From positions 32,001 to 96,000 of the IMG/VR virus record IMGVR_UViG_3300021952_000001: 64,000 nt of DNA. One strand, 5' to 3'. Under the pieces are notes generated by a model. It saw only the letters and a list, made by a program, of their open reading frames with translations. It made no database searches and was not told the origin of the DNA. The translations under genes were made by a program, and so were the position numbers. Source of the DNA: a virus (Duplodnaviria > Caudoviricetes). Below, piece after piece: positions 35,687-46,100 of the stretch (the first letter of the stretch is position 1; each line of letters begins with the position of its first letter).

Positions 35687-36663
35687 TGGCAAAGGGTTGG
35701 TTAGACAATTTCGGTAAAGAAGATAATTATAATGATTCTCAAGCTTCTGCTCCTGAAGGATTTCAAGGGGATGGATATAGTAATGTAGGTAGAAACTATT
35801 CTCCTGCATGGAGAGGACAGTTTCAGAAAGGTGGTACAGTTTTTTTACAACCAACTGATTCAAAATTACCATGGGCATATAATAATAAAACTAAAGATTA
35901 TAATTCAGAAGTTGCTATGTCAATAGGTGGTGAAAATGGAGAACCTGCTTATTTAATTCCTACATTTAAAAAAGGTAAGTTTTTAAAAGATCCAATTAAA
36001 GAATATAAAAAAACAGGAGAACATTTAGGTGGCCCATTTAAAAATTGGCAAGATGCAGATAAATGGGAACAAGAAGTGAGACATCCTGCTGTAGAACAAC
36101 ATAGATCTATTATACCTTATACGTATAGTAATATGCAAATGGGTGGTAATGTCTATCCAGTTAATTATGTTCCTCAAGCACAAATGGGAGGAAGTCTTCC
36201 AGGAGCAACAGGAATGATGTATGCTAGAACAGGTGCTCCTAGTAAAGGTCCACGTAGAAATCAAACTGATGTTACAGATGCTTCTGCTCAGAATGGTAAA
36301 GAAATGCAATATTATCAAGAAGGATTAGATTTCAAACCAAAGACTATTAGTAGAGATGGATCTGTAATTAAAGATGATCTTGGGCAATGGGCTCATCCAG
36401 GAGAGATAACAGAAATAGGAAGTAATAATATTACTATGGAAGGAGTTCCTTATGATGTACTAGGTATATCTGATACAGGAGATACTAAACTTATGAAACC
36501 AGGTAAGAACTATAAGTTTAAGGGTAAAAAAGTGACTGAGTATCCTATGGCTAAAAATGGTGTAAATCAACAAGATGAAAAAAGCTTGCAACAATTAGAT
36601 CAATTAACTAACTTTACAAACTACAATACCAAACAACCAGGTGGCTGGTTAGATACATTATAA
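35686..36663 (+). CDS. virion/cargo protein with repeated xQxG(G) motifs
   Basis: FQKGG, MQMGG, AQMGG, AQNG and AKNG motifs; ITMEGV...MKPGKNYKF.G..VTEYP domain; GWLD at both termini. Confidence 0.65.
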   Translation: MAKGWLDNFGKEDNYNDSQASAPEGFQGDGYSNVGRNYSPAWRGQFQKGGTVFLQPTDSKLPWAYNNKTKDYNSEVAMSIGGENGEPAYLIPTFKKGKFLKDPIKEYKKTGEHLGGPFKNWQDADKWEQEVRHPAVEQHRSIIPYTYSNMQMGGNVYPVNYVPQAQMGGSLPGATGMMYARTGAPSKGPRRNQTDVTDASAQNGKEMQYYQEGLDFKPKTISRDGSVIKDDLGQWAHPGEITEIGSNNITMEGVPYDVLGISDTGDTKLMKPGKNYKFKGKKVTEYPMAKNGVNQQDEKSLQQLDQLTNFTNYNTKQPGGWLDTL

Positions 36664-36665
36664 TT

Positions 36666-39600
36666 ATGAAAGCACAAATGTTAAAACTGGCAGGTGTAAA
36701 AACTGAAGCTGCCTTTTACAAAAAGTATCCTACACAAGAAGCATTTATGAAAGTGCATGGTAAAGCTTTTAAGAAAGCTCAGATTGGTACTTATATTGGT
36801 GGTGAAGCTACTGCTGCACCAAAGCCAATTAACTTTAATGATGCTTACGATCAAGCAGATCTTTCTATTACAGGTAAGACAGGTAAGATGCGTCAAGAAG
36901 AAGCTAATAAACAAGCTACTTTAGCTACTCAACAAAAACAATCACAGGGTGGTGGAGATATATTTAGTCAAATAGGTGGAGCACTAGGTAATCTTGGTGA
37001 AGTATTTGCTGCTGAATATGGTACACATATTCCTAAAGCTCAAATTGGTAGAAATCTTACTCCTATTGGTCAAAATCTTACACCTGCAGGAATGGTTAAT
37101 GTTGGACCACAAGTAGGACAACCTCAAGTATTTAATACAGGTACATTACCAAATCAAGTTAATCCTGGACAATCAGCCACTATGGGTGCAATAGGAGACG
37201 CTATTGGTAAATATGCAGGGCCTGTAGGTGAAGTTATTCAAGGATATGGAGCACTTAGAGCAGAAAGACAACAGTTAAAAAGTGCTCAACAAACACAACA
37301 ACTTAGTGATCTTGCATTGAAAGCATCTAACACAAGACCTGAAAAAACACAAAGAAGATATGTTCGTCCTGAAGATATGGTTACTACAGGTAATCAATTA
37401 TCTCCTTCATATGGTACAGGAACAAATATTCTTGCTCAAGATGGTGTAACTGTATCTGGAAAACCTGTAAGTAAAAAAGATATTAGAAAAGAAAAAGATT
37501 TAGTTAAAGTATTACCAAACTCTAGTCTTTATCCAGAGGATGAGGCTAATTATATACGTACTACAAAATCATTAGAAGGTTTAGGTAAAAGAAGTAAACC
37601 ATTAGAACAACAAGCTACAAATGAATTTGTTGATTGGTATCAACATCCAGAAACATTAAAACGTTTTGGTGAAAATACAGGAATGGATCCTGCAAGATTA
37701 CAAGATTTTGTAGGTAAAGCTTTAAGAACTCCTATGCGACCTGCTAAAGAAGATGATTATTTAACTTCTGAAGATAATGCTAAATGGAGAAGTCCTTTTT
37801 GGCAAGATCAAAACTATAGAACGTTAAATAAAAATACAGGAGAAATATTATACCAACCAAATCTTGAAAGTACATATGGTTTAGAAAAAACAAAAAATAT
37901 ACTAGCACATGAATTAGGTCATGCTTCTAGTTTAGATGAATTATTAGGACCTAAGTTAATGGGTATATTAGGAGAACCTACACATGTATTTAAAAAAGAA
38001 AAAGCATATATAGGTAGTCCTAATGAAGCATATGGTAACTTTCATGAGTTTAGAAAAAATTTAGGATTAAAACCTGGTCAAAAGATAGATGAGTCTACAT
38101 TAAAAAAATTAACTAAGAAAAAAGGATTAGATCAAGAAAGATTTTATAGAGCATATAGTCCTGATAAAATTACAAAAGCTATTAACACTATAGCATACAA
38201 TCCTAATAATAATGAGGATGTAACATATGCACAAGATGGAGCAGAGATTCAAAATACATATGCTCCTAATAATCTTTATGATGATCTTGGTTACGAACCA
38301 TTAGAAGATTCTAATGAAGTAAAACAATATCAAAATGGTGGTTATGCAAATTCACAAGATTATTATAATAAAATAATAAATGCAGGTCAAAGTACAGGTA
38401 TAATATCAGGAGGAAATGTTCCTTGGGATGTTATTGGTAATTTTGGAAGTAATGTTGGTGGTGCTATTGTAGGACAAGATGCAGGTGCTGGAATTGGAGG
38501 AACTATTGGTGGTACACTAGGAACTGCTTTAGGTGGTCCTCTTGGCGGTGCTATTGGTAAAACACTTGGTACTGTTGCTGGTGGTTTGCTTGATACTAAT
38601 GATAGAGATATGAAGAAAGCTCAAAGAGCTACAAGTAGAAATATGCAAGGTATGGCTTTTGCTAATAGTGTTCAAGGAGTACAAGGACAGAATGCTGCAT
38701 ATATGGAAGATGGAGGATATGTATCTAATGATTGGACTCCACAAGTAATTGCTAAGTTTGGTGATCACTCTCCAGAAGATGTGTATGATTTTGCACATGA
38801 AGGAATGGATTCATTAAGAGCTGGTGGTCATTTGAAAGAATATAGAGATCCTAGTGAAAGAGCTATGCAAACATATGCTATGGGTGGTGAACTTAAAACT
38901 CATTGGGGAGGTCATATGGAAGAGATGTCTGAGAATCCATATCTACCTGATGGTGGTGTAACTTATATGCCTCATGGACAATCTCATGAAGAAGCTGATA
39001 GTAATGGTAGAACAGGTATTGGAATCACTTATGGAGATAATCCAGTTGAGGTGGAAAGAAGAGAACCTATTATGAAACTTAAAGATGGATCTACAGGAGA
39101 AGATAATCTTGTAGTATTTGGTAATCTAGAAATTCCTAAATATGGTGTAGAGCTATTAGGAGATAAAAAAGCAAAAGGAATGAAGTTTAAAAACTATGTA
39201 TCAGATCTTTCTAAATCTGAAACAAAACAAAATAAAACAATTCAAAAGTCTACTGATGAGTTAGATTCATTGACACCAATGGATTCATTTGATAAACTTA
39301 AACTTTCTGGATTACAAGCTAACATATTAGGTGGTAATATGAAACTTAAAGAGATTGCTGATACTAAACATAAAGCTGCAGCTTTACAAAATGCTATCAA
39401 TGATACAGCAGAAGAGTTTGCTCTTGATGCAGATCATTTAGCTAAGGGTAGAGTAAAAACAGCTAAGATGGGTGGTAAGTTTTCAAAAGCTCAAGATGGT
39501 ATTGATATGAATGCTGGAGAATTAGATGAAGTAAAAATTCCAGTAAAGAAAATTGATTATATGAGAAAGGCATTAGATAATACTCTTAATCCTATAGATA

Positions 39601-40457
39601 TAGTTGAACCTGATATGACTCCTCAAGGATCTGCAATTCCAGAATCAGCAGGAAGTCCTATGAATATGTATCAAGCTCCAGTTAAAGGTCAAAATAATAC
39701 ATTTCATAATTATTCATGGATTGATGCAATTAATAATATTGTGCCTAGTTTAAGACCATCAAATGCTGAAGAACTTAATGGTAGACAATTACTTGGAGAA
39801 ATGTATGCATTGTCACAAAATCAAGAAGAGCCTGTACAAGCACAACAGTATTCTCCACAATTAGCTAGTCCTTATTCAATTTCTTTACAAGATCAAATGA
39901 ATGAGATTACAGCTCAAACAAGAGCTGCTCAAAAAATGGCTCATGGTAATCCAGCTGCACAAGCTGCTATTGCTGCACAAGCATATGAAGCTATTAATAA
40001 AGTGAAAGGTGAAGAATTTAGAATGAATCAAGCATTGGCTGATAAAACCTATACAGGAAATATTGCAGCTATGAATGATGCTAAACTTAAAAACTTAGGA
40101 ATCCTTGATCAACAATATGCTAGACAAGCACAAGCTAAATCTAATACTAAAGCTGTTACACAAGCTGCATTAAATTCTATCTCTGATAAATATGCTAAGA
40201 ATGCATTAGAGAATAAAACATTGAAAACATATGAGAATATGTACAATTATAGATATGATGCAAATGGAAAACTAATCAATATGAATGGTTTAGCTCAATT
40301 TAGTCCTTATGGAAGTGCATCAGGTAAAGGTGCAAAAGATTTACCAGAAGGTTATGAGTATATTTATGATAAAAATAGTAGACCTATTGATGTTAGAAAA
40401 ACTCCAAAAGAAAAAGCTAAAAATGGATCTATTGTTAAATCAATAAAAAATCTATAA
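36666..40457 (+). CDS. large cargo (injected) polyprotein-like protein with a zincin cassette and glycine-zipper TM region
   Basis: About 12 AQxG/xxGG motifs; HELGH at 37908-37922; GGTIGGTLGTALGGPLGGAIG glycine zipper; HGQSHEE...VEVE motif. Confidence 0.7.
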   Translation: MKAQMLKLAGVKTEAAFYKKYPTQEAFMKVHGKAFKKAQIGTYIGGEATAAPKPINFNDAYDQADLSITGKTGKMRQEEANKQATLATQQKQSQGGGDIFSQIGGALGNLGEVFAAEYGTHIPKAQIGRNLTPIGQNLTPAGMVNVGPQVGQPQVFNTGTLPNQVNPGQSATMGAIGDAIGKYAGPVGEVIQGYGALRAERQQLKSAQQTQQLSDLALKASNTRPEKTQRRYVRPEDMVTTGNQLSPSYGTGTNILAQDGVTVSGKPVSKKDIRKEKDLVKVLPNSSLYPEDEANYIRTTKSLEGLGKRSKPLEQQATNEFVDWYQHPETLKRFGENTGMDPARLQDFVGKALRTPMRPAKEDDYLTSEDNAKWRSPFWQDQNYRTLNKNTGEILYQPNLESTYGLEKTKNILAHELGHASSLDELLGPKLMGILGEPTHVFKKEKAYIGSPNEAYGNFHEFRKNLGLKPGQKIDESTLKKLTKKKGLDQERFYRAYSPDKITKAINTIAYNPNNNEDVTYAQDGAEIQNTYAPNNLYDDLGYEPLEDSNEVKQYQNGGYANSQDYYNKIINAGQSTGIISGGNVPWDVIGNFGSNVGGAIVGQDAGAGIGGTIGGTLGTALGGPLGGAIGKTLGTVAGGLLDTNDRDMKKAQRATSRNMQGMAFANSVQGVQGQNAAYMEDGGYVSNDWTPQVIAKFGDHSPEDVYDFAHEGMDSLRAGGHLKEYRDPSERAMQTYAMGGELKTHWGGHMEEMSENPYLPDGGVTYMPHGQSHEEADSNGRTGIGITYGDNPVEVERREPIMKLKDGSTGEDNLVVFGNLEIPKYGVELLGDKKAKGMKFKNYVSDLSKSETKQNKTIQKSTDELDSLTPMDSFDKLKLSGLQANILGGNMKLKEIADTKHKAAALQNAINDTAEEFALDADHLAKGRVKTAKMGGKFSKAQDGIDMNAGELDEVKIPVKKIDYMRKALDNTLNPIDIVEPDMTPQGSAIPESAGSPMNMYQAPVKGQNNTFHNYSWIDAINNIVPSLRPSNAEELNGRQLLGEMYALSQNQEEPVQAQQYSPQLASPYSISLQDQMNEITAQTRAAQKMAHGNPAAQAAIAAQAYEAINKVKGEEFRMNQALADKTYTGNIAAMNDAKLKNLGILDQQYARQAQAKSNTKAVTQAALNSISDKYAKNALENKTLKTYENMYNYRYDANGKLINMNGLAQFSPYGSASGKGAKDLPEGYEYIYDKNSRPIDVRKTPKEKAKNGSIVKSIKNL

Positions 40458-40530
40458 CTATTTTAATTATAAAGAATTAACTAAATACATTATGTGGTAT
40501 TGGATAATATAATTATTCATATTACATTTG
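40453..40530 (+). promoter_or_regulatory. operator-like palindrome plus Bacteroidota-type promoter for the vRNAP/cargo operon
   Basis: TATAACTATTTTAATTATAAA (40453-40473), then TTG-N20-TACATTTG. Confidence 0.6.
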
Positions 40531-40547
40531 TTAAATAATAAAACGCT

Positions 40548-43187
40548 ATGGCAAGTTTTACAGACAATCCTCAACTTCTTACAAACTTTAATCCTTACGT
40601 GCAGCAGCTACCAGTAGATGCTATGCGTGAGGTTGGTATGTATAAACAAGCTAAGTATGATGAGGGTGTACAAAAGATACAAACAGCAATTGATAATGTT
40701 GCAGGACTTGATATCATGAATGATGCAGATAAAGGATATTTGCAATCAAAGCTTAATGATTTAGGTAGCAATCTAAAAACTGTAGCAGCAGGAGACTTCT
40801 CTAATTTCCAATTAGTTAACTCTACAGCTGGTATGGCTAATGCTGTAGCTAATGATAAAAATATTCAAACTGCAGTTTTATCTACAAGTAATGTTAGAAA
40901 AGGTCAAAAAGAATTAGATAAAGCTAGATCTGAAGGTAAGTCTTCTCCTCAAAACGAAGACTTCTGGAATACTCAAGTTAATGAATATTTGCAAAAGAAA
41001 GAAGTTGGTCAATCATTCACTGGTCGATATGATCCATATATTGATTTAACTGAAAAATATGCAAAGGTTGCTAAAGATGTAGAGGCTGTTGATTATAGTT
41101 ATGATCAACCATATAAAACTAATGCTGATGGATCTTTAAAATATTTTGCTAAAGATAAATCAGGTAACCTTGTAGAAACTACAAAAGATAAAGGTCAGCC
41201 TGTATTAGATGATGCAATGAAAAGAATTACTAAAAAAGGTAAATCTGCTCAAACTATTCTTAATAACTTTCTTAGTTCTACATCTGAAGCTGATAGAAAA
41301 CAATTGCAAATCGATGCTGCATATCATTATAAAAATGCTACAGCTGATACATTTAAAAAGGATATATTAGATGTAGCATCATTAAAAAAGAAACAAGCTA
41401 ATGATCATGTTGTAGAACTTACTGTAGCATTGAAGAACCCAAAAATTCCAGATGCTGATAAAGCTGCAATGACTGCTGAGTTAACTGATCTACAAACTAG
41501 AATAAATGAAGGGTCTTATGAAAAGGAAGCAGCTAGTTTATTAACAGACTTACAAGATCCTAGTAAACTAAAATCATTTGCTGATAAAGTTTATACACAA
41601 AAGTATTTAACTAATCTTGCTCAAGATAAATCTACAGAATCATACAAAGAAGAACTTTTAACTAATCCATATGCACAAATGCTTATGGAAAAGAAAAAGT
41701 TTCAATTTGAAGTACAAAAAGAAAATGTTAGAGTTAATGAGTGGAATACTGATCATGCTTTTGACATACTTAAATGGAAAACTGAAAGAGCAGATAAACT
41801 TGAAGAGAAGTTAGAAAAAGCTAGAGAAAAATTAGGAGCTGAACCTATTACTAATGAAGGTGCTTTAAGAACAGATCTTCCAAAAGTTACATCAGCAGAT
41901 ATTAGTTCTAAGATAAATTCTAATAATACTCAATTAAAACAATTAGATTCTCAATTTTTATCACAGAATAAAAACTATACAAAGAAACAATTAGATGCAT
42001 TTGCAGATAAATATGACACAGATCCTAATAGTCTTGATTTAAAAGATAATGATCTTAGATTATATTTGAATCAAAGAAGAAGTATAGATCATGATAACAT
42101 CCATAACTACTCTTTATTAAAAGGAGTTAATGATGCAACTGCGCACATAGATAAAGATATTGATACTAGATTAAAATCTTATGGTGGTGTAGTTGATAAA
42201 AATGGTAAAGAATTATTTAATTCTAAAGAATTATATTTAGTAAATAAGAAGTTAGAAAAACTATCTAAAGTTACACAAGTTTATGATCCAGTTAGTGGTG
42301 GAAATAAAAATGTATTAAAGTTTGATACAAAAGGTGCTGAAGCAGTTTTAAATCAATATAGAGGTACTAAATATGAAACTATAGCTAGAGCTTATATAAA
42401 TCATAATACTGGAAAACCATTAAGTTATTCAGAAAAAATTGTATATAATAAAGCTAAACAAATTAGTGAACATGCAGCTCCAGTTGTAAGTGGATTAATT
42501 AAACAAAAACTAGATCTTGAATCAAGTTACTTGACAAACAAAATGCCTGAAAGTTTCAGTATGTCAGGAACATTAAATAAAACAAACAAACTAGATATGC
42601 AACATACTGATGCATTGATATCAGATTCAATGAATCCTGCATTAGGAATGTTAGATTTAGAAAAATCAAAAGATTTTGATCCAGCAACTGTAAGTAAATG
42701 GAAAACTGAAAAGAAACCATTAGACTATAGAATAGTAAAAAATTATGATGGTAGTGGAGAATTAATTATTCAAAATGGTACAGAGATACAAAAGATACCA
42801 ATGACACCTGAAACATTTAATAATTATTATCCTCGATATGCTCAAACAAATCCAGTTACTAGAATCAAAAGTATGATATTAGCATCTCCAGGAAATACAA
42901 CAAATATTAATAAAAGAGGAGATGCTGTCAATGCACAATTTACAGGATATGATGTTCCCTTATTGAAAGGAACTAATTATGCAAAAAATGTAAGATTTGA
43001 TATTGAAGGAGCTAAAAGTAATACAGGTGGAAAAATAGATAACTATCAAGTTAGACTTTATGCCTTTGATGGTAAAGTGTGGCATAGTAGTGTCATCAAT
43101 CAACAAGGATACATAGGAGAAGAGCAAATACAAGATGCTATAAATGGTATCGGTATGGATCTCGTTAATTATACATTAAAACATTAA
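40548..43187 (+). CDS. large virion cargo protein
   Basis: 879 aa, helical; FNPYVQQLP N-terminus; precedes the virion RNAP as in crAss-like phages. Confidence 0.65.
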   Translation: MASFTDNPQLLTNFNPYVQQLPVDAMREVGMYKQAKYDEGVQKIQTAIDNVAGLDIMNDADKGYLQSKLNDLGSNLKTVAAGDFSNFQLVNSTAGMANAVANDKNIQTAVLSTSNVRKGQKELDKARSEGKSSPQNEDFWNTQVNEYLQKKEVGQSFTGRYDPYIDLTEKYAKVAKDVEAVDYSYDQPYKTNADGSLKYFAKDKSGNLVETTKDKGQPVLDDAMKRITKKGKSAQTILNNFLSSTSEADRKQLQIDAAYHYKNATADTFKKDILDVASLKKKQANDHVVELTVALKNPKIPDADKAAMTAELTDLQTRINEGSYEKEAASLLTDLQDPSKLKSFADKVYTQKYLTNLAQDKSTESYKEELLTNPYAQMLMEKKKFQFEVQKENVRVNEWNTDHAFDILKWKTERADKLEEKLEKAREKLGAEPITNEGALRTDLPKVTSADISSKINSNNTQLKQLDSQFLSQNKNYTKKQLDAFADKYDTDPNSLDLKDNDLRLYLNQRRSIDHDNIHNYSLLKGVNDATAHIDKDIDTRLKSYGGVVDKNGKELFNSKELYLVNKKLEKLSKVTQVYDPVSGGNKNVLKFDTKGAEAVLNQYRGTKYETIARAYINHNTGKPLSYSEKIVYNKAKQISEHAAPVVSGLIKQKLDLESSYLTNKMPESFSMSGTLNKTNKLDMQHTDALISDSMNPALGMLDLEKSKDFDPATVSKWKTEKKPLDYRIVKNYDGSGELIIQNGTEIQKIPMTPETFNNYYPRYAQTNPVTRIKSMILASPGNTTNINKRGDAVNAQFTGYDVPLLKGTNYAKNVRFDIEGAKSNTGGKIDNYQVRLYAFDGKVWHSSVINQQGYIGEEQIQDAINGIGMDLVNYTLKH

Positions 43188-43189
43188 TT

Positions 43190-46100
43190 ATGCCAATTTT
43201 TGACAACGAACTTATAAACAATACTTCAAATAGAGGTGCAGCACCTGAGAGACCTTATTTAGCTTCTCCTGATACACTTGAAGTAGATGTTAATATTAAT
43301 CCAGTACAGGGAGGTAATATAGGTGGTAACAACATTAGTAGAAAAGGAATGAGTATTGATGAGATGTCATCATTAACACATGCTCCTTCTAAAGGTTCTA
43401 CTTTTAGTTCTCCTATGGGAATGGCTAGAAGAAGTGAGTTGATTGATAACCAACGTTATCCAGTATATCAAAGAGGTGTTGATCTTGAGAATATATATGG
43501 ATTACAACAAAGTGCATTTACACAACTAGGACATAGTCTTATTAAAACAGGAATACGTGCTGCAGGTACATTTGCTCAGAGTTTAACTAATATTCCTAAT
43601 GCTATATCAGCAGCTAAGAATGCAGATAGTTCTAAATTAGCAGGTGATCCAAATGGGTATGAAGGTGGTATAGATCATTGGGTTAATAATTTTGAAAATA
43701 CTATACCAAACTATTATAGTAGATATGAAAAAGAACATCCTCATTTAGCAATGATTCCTGGATTTACAGGATCTGCTAATTTTTGGGGAGAGAGTGTTCT
43801 TAAAAACTTAGGATTTACAGCTGGAGCAATTGCTGGTGCAGCTATTCAAGATCTTGCTGTTGGAGTATTGACAGAAGGTATTGGAGAAATTCCATTAGTG
43901 GCTAGCCAGATTGGCAAAGCCTCTTTGTGGTTTAATAAAATCCTTAGTGGTACTAATGATGCAGAAAAAGTTCTTGATATAGCAAAAGCTGCTGGAGCAG
44001 GACAGAAAGCATTACTTAGTGCTGAGTCATTAGCTCATGCTGCTGCTTATACAAAAGTTGCTAATGGTTTTAGATATGGTACTAGTTTACTAGGATCTGC
44101 TATGACTGAAGCAGGTGTTGAAGGTAGAGATAGTTATGAAACAGTTAAAAAGACTTTATTAGAAAATTATAAGTTAGATCATCCAGGAGAAGAGATTACT
44201 GCTGAGGAAGCTGGTAAGATTGAAGAGTATGCTACTAATGCTATGAATACTAGATTTGGTATTAACATGGCATTACTTACTGTTTCTAATGCTATTCAGT
44301 TTGATAACTTATTCAAATCTTTTAGTAATGCTGAAAAAGGTGTAGTGGGTTCACTTACTAAAACTTTAGAAGATACTGGTAAGATAGGATTGAAAGAAGG
44401 AAGTCTTGATGTATTTGAAAAGAAAGGTGCAGCCAATATATCAGAAAAAATCTGGGATGTAGTTAAACCTAAATTAACAAATGTATTATCTGAAGGTGTG
44501 TATGAAGAAGGTGGTCAGTTTGCTGCTGAGAAAGGTACCTATGATTACTACACTAGAAAATATAAAAATCTTAATAATCCTGAGAATAAAAAAAGCTGGG
44601 ATGCATTAAATGAAACAATGCATTCAACTGCTTATGGATTATCAGAACAATTTAATACTACTGAAGGTATAGACAATATGCTTATCGGTGGACTTACTGC
44701 TGTTATTACAGGAGGTATTCAAGGTAAGATTGATAACATTAGAGGTAATGGTAAAGATGCTCGTTTAACCTCTTCTATCAACATGCTTAATAAGTATGGA
44801 CTTACTGGTATTCTTTCTAATAAATATGACAATACATTAAACTCTATTGGTATAGCAAAAGAAATGGAAGATGCTGCCAATAGTAAAAATATATTTAAGT
44901 ACAAGAATTTAAAACATGATATGTTTTTTAATTTTGTACAATCTCGTATTCCTTCAGGAATGCATGATGTAACAATTGACCAATTAACAATGTTAAAAGA
45001 TCTTTCTAAAGAAGATTTTGAAAAAACATTTGGTATGGATTTTAATACATCAAATAAAAAAACTGTAGATGGTTATGTAGATACATTAATTGATGAAGCT
45101 AATTCTATTAAAGAAACAACTGATGCAATTAATAATACATATAAGAATCCATTTAAGTTTACAGTGGATCCTAAAAATGAAGATGATCATTCAGAAAACT
45201 TAAAATATAATACATTTGAATCTTGGAAAACAGATTTATCATATTTTAATTCTGTAAAAATTGATTCAACTGATAGACTAGCATCTATACAAAATGATTT
45301 AATTAATATAAATCCAATGTTGACAAATGCTGGATTAGCTGATATATTAGATAAAGAATCATTAACTGATTTAGCTAAATCATATGAAGAAGAAGCAAAT
45401 CGTTTGAATAATACAATTACAGAATATACAAGTAATACTGATAAAAAAGCTACTAGAGCTCAAGTAAAAACATTACGTACTAATTCTGAAAAGATAAATA
45501 TTGCTTTAGGTAAAAATGATCTTGACTTAAAAACATTTCATTCATTATTGAATTTTGAGTTGAATAATCAAGATGCTACTAAAGATGATATTGTAGGTTT
45601 AGATAAAGCTCCAGATTTATATAATCTAGGAGCTGATGTTGTTCAACATAACTTAAGAAAAAAACAAGCTATAGAATCATTTAATAATCTTTCTACTAAG
45701 GAAGGATTTGATAAATACTTTAAACAAGCAGATAACATTGCTAATGATGAAGTAGATGAAGAAGACTTGTTTCCTCAAAATAAAAAAGAACCTACATTTG
45801 TTAATGATTCTAAAGAAAGAGAAAAGTTAGAAGTAGGTAGAGAATATACAATTGATAAAACTAAAAGAGTCAATGTAAGAAAGATTGCTGATGATAGATA
45901 TCAAGTAACAGCTCCTGATGGAACTGTATCATTTCATAAGACAAAAGAATCTGCTCAAGAAGAAGCTAAAGACTTATCTGGTGAGAACACAAACTTATCT
46001 AAAGTTAAAGTGATTGGTATTACAGATGAAGGTCTTGTTAAAGTGGAAGATGTTAATGGTGATATATTAAATATTGATCCAAAAAGATTACGTGGATATA

